DNA of 64,000 nucleotides from Escherichia coli (GTDB lineage Bacteria; Pseudomonadota; Gammaproteobacteria; Enterobacterales; Enterobacteriaceae): NCBI RefSeq assembly GCF_013315695.1, contig NZ_CP054353.1; one strand, 5' to 3'. Shown piece by piece: positions 62,132 to 64,000 of this stretch (position 1 is its first letter; each line of letters starts with the position of its first letter). The notes under the pieces were generated by a model. It saw only the letters and a program-made list of their open reading frames with translations, ran no database searches and was not told where the DNA came from. The position numbers and the translations under genes were made by a program.

Positions 62132-63463
62132 ATGAGCGAATTGACCGATCTTTTATTGCAAGGGCCGCGTTCTGCCCCGGAATTGCGCCAGCGTCTGGCA
62201 ATCAGTCAGGCGACGTTCTCACGCCTTGTTGCCAGAGAAGATCGGGTGATTCGCTTTGGTAAAGCACGGGCAACGCGATATGCACTGCTGCGTCCTTATC
62301 GCGGAATTGAGCGTATTCCCGTATGGCGAGTGGATGATGCCGGAAAGGCGCATAAATTCGCCGACATTCAGTTGTGCTGGCCGCAGGGAAGTTGTCTGGT
62401 AACAGGCGCAGATGGCGACGAACGGTGGTTTGATGGTTTGCCCTGGTATTTGACCGATCTGCGACCGCAGGGGTTTTTGGGGCGCGCGTGGGGCAGGAAG
62501 TTAGCCGCGCAACTGAATCTTACTGAAGATATCCGTCTCTGGCAGGAAGAAGATGTGCTCTACGCCCTGACCGTATTTAGCGGTGAATACACCGGCGGCT
62601 GGCTGGTCGGGGAGGGGAATTATCAGCGATGGATTACTGCACAACGCCCTGCGGCAATTCCTCTGGATCAAAAACTCACCCATTACGAACAACTGGCAAG
62701 CGATGCACTGGCAGGAGAAATTGTGGGTTCTTCTGCGGGCGGTGAGCAGCCAAAATTTACCTGCTATGCACAAACGCCGTCAGGCAATAAACATGTGCTG
62801 GTTAAATTCACCGTGCCACAGCAAACCGCGGTCAGCCAACGTTGGGGCGACTTGCTTATTGCGGAATCTATTGCCGCGCAAATCCTGCGCGACGGCGGGA
62901 TCCACGCCATCGAGTCAACGGTGCTTGTAACAAGTAACAGGCAGGTATTCCTTGAAGCGGAACGATTTGACTGCAAAGGTAACGATGGTCGCTTGCCCAT
63001 TGTGTCGCTGGAGGCGGTGCAGAGTGAGTTTATCTCTTCTCCGGGATCGTGGCCGGAGGCTATGCGCCGTTTGTGTGAGCAACAACTTGTCACTCACCAG
63101 AGCGTGGCGCAAACAGAAGTGATCTGGGCGTTTGGGCGACTTATCGCCAACAGCGATATGCACGCAGGCAATTTATCATTTTATTTATCTGAACCACCAT
63201 TTGCGCTGACGCCCGTCTACGACATGCTGCCGATGGCCTATGCACCAAACAGCGCCGGAATGTTGCGTGATGCTGCCATTGAGGTGAGGTTTGATCTTAA
63301 CGTCAGTAAAAGTGCATGGTTAACGGCGATCCCGCTGGCGCAGCAGTTCTGGCAAACGGTCGCCGGAGATCCGCGTATCAGCGAGGCATTTCGCCACATT
63401 GCACAAGAAATGCCGGAAAAAATCCGGCAAATCGAAGGGAAAGTTGCCCGCATGGGCGGGTAA
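62132..63463 (+). CDS. yjjJ: HipA-family kinase-like protein YjjJ
   Basis: 443-aa ORF; sequence recognised and position between deoD and lplA. Confidence 0.85.
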   Translation: MSELTDLLLQGPRSAPELRQRLAISQATFSRLVAREDRVIRFGKARATRYALLRPYRGIERIPVWRVDDAGKAHKFADIQLCWPQGSCLVTGADGDERWFDGLPWYLTDLRPQGFLGRAWGRKLAAQLNLTEDIRLWQEEDVLYALTVFSGEYTGGWLVGEGNYQRWITAQRPAAIPLDQKLTHYEQLASDALAGEIVGSSAGGEQPKFTCYAQTPSGNKHVLVKFTVPQQTAVSQRWGDLLIAESIAAQILRDGGIHAIESTVLVTSNRQVFLEAERFDCKGNDGRLPIVSLEAVQSEFISSPGSWPEAMRRLCEQQLVTHQSVAQTEVIWAFGRLIANSDMHAGNLSFYLSEPPFALTPVYDMLPMAYAPNSAGMLRDAAIEVRFDLNVSKSAWLTAIPLAQQFWQTVAGDPRISEAFRHIAQEMPEKIRQIEGKVARMGG

Positions 63464-64000
63464 CTATCGCACCGCCCCCGCTATCCATGCCGACAACTCC
63501 CGTAGCTCTTTTTCCTGTTCCGGGAAGTCAACCAGCAGCGCTTCGCACTCCTGTTGCAGCATATCCGCGCGGTACAGACAGCCTTGCAGTCGCCCGGCGA
63601 GGGCTTCCAGCGGCGCGGGGTTGAGACTGTCGGTAAACACCTGGGCGCGGGTGATATGGCCTTTTTCAACGTCGAAATGCAGTTCCACGCCGCCCCAGGT
63701 AAAGCGTTCATCCAGCAGATGCGAGAATGCCGGAGCCTGACCGAAGTTCCATTCCCAGCTACTCTGGCGGGCAAAGGTTTCGGCGAAGTTTGGCAAGTCT
63801 GGCGTTTTGTCCGGGGAGATGATTTCCGCTTCCACGCGCTCGCCATAATGGGCGAAAAAGGCCTCGGTTATGGCCTCGCAAACCTGCTCATGGGTGATCC
63901 CCGGTAGCAATTCGGTCAGATTGGTCACGCGGGAACGCACTGAGGTAATGCCTTTCGCCGCCAGTTTCTTTTTATCCGGATTGAGATAGTTTGCCAGGCG
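63464..64000 (-). CDS. lplA: Lipoate-protein ligase A (3' part; gene continues beyond the window end)
   Basis: Minus-strand ORF whose C-terminal 158 aa match LplA; no start codon within the window. Confidence 0.85.
   Translation of the reverse strand, partial: RLANYLNPDKKKLAAKGITSVRSRVTNLTELLPGITHEQVCEAITEAFFAHYGERVEAEIISPDKTPDLPNFAETFARQSSWEWNFGQAPAFSHLLDERFTWGGVELHFDVEKGHITRAQVFTDSLNPAPLEALAGRLQGCLYRADMLQQECEALLVDFPEQEKELRELSAWIAGAVR

Overview
This window is an Escherichia coli-type chromosomal segment collinear with the K-12 fim–deo region (type 1 fimbriae fimCDFGH, gntP, uxuAB-uxuR, yji genes, btsT, tsr, lgoT/lgoD, opgB, dnaCT, yjjQ-bglJ, fhuF, a tRNA-Leu array, rsmC-holD-rimI-yjjG-prfC, osmY, yjjUVWI, deoCABD, yjjJ, start of lplA). 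All gene identifications are from recalled protein sequences and gene order; no database search was run. The core genes look intact, but the accessory stretch between uxuR and yjiA is heavily remodelled by insertion sequences. Four complete 768-bp IS1 copies of two sequence types are present; yjiC is split into pieces; a 13.7-kb block (mdtM to iraD) is inverted between two inverted IS1 copies whose flanks carry a split 9-bp target duplication. The restriction/immigration-control cluster expected from K-12 between mdtM and yjiA (mcrBC-hsdRMS-mrr) is absent, and only a BrnT/BrnA-like toxin-antitoxin pair sits there, with an apparently frameshifted toxin. Further along, an IS5 occupies the position expected for lgoR, yjjA carries an in-frame amber codon, and the tRNA-Leu array has four tandem copies including one variant. 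I do not see a convincing wholly novel system; the brnTA-like pair in the emptied defence hotspot and the uncharacterised yjiLM and yjjI-yjjW enzyme pairs are the best candidates for follow-up.
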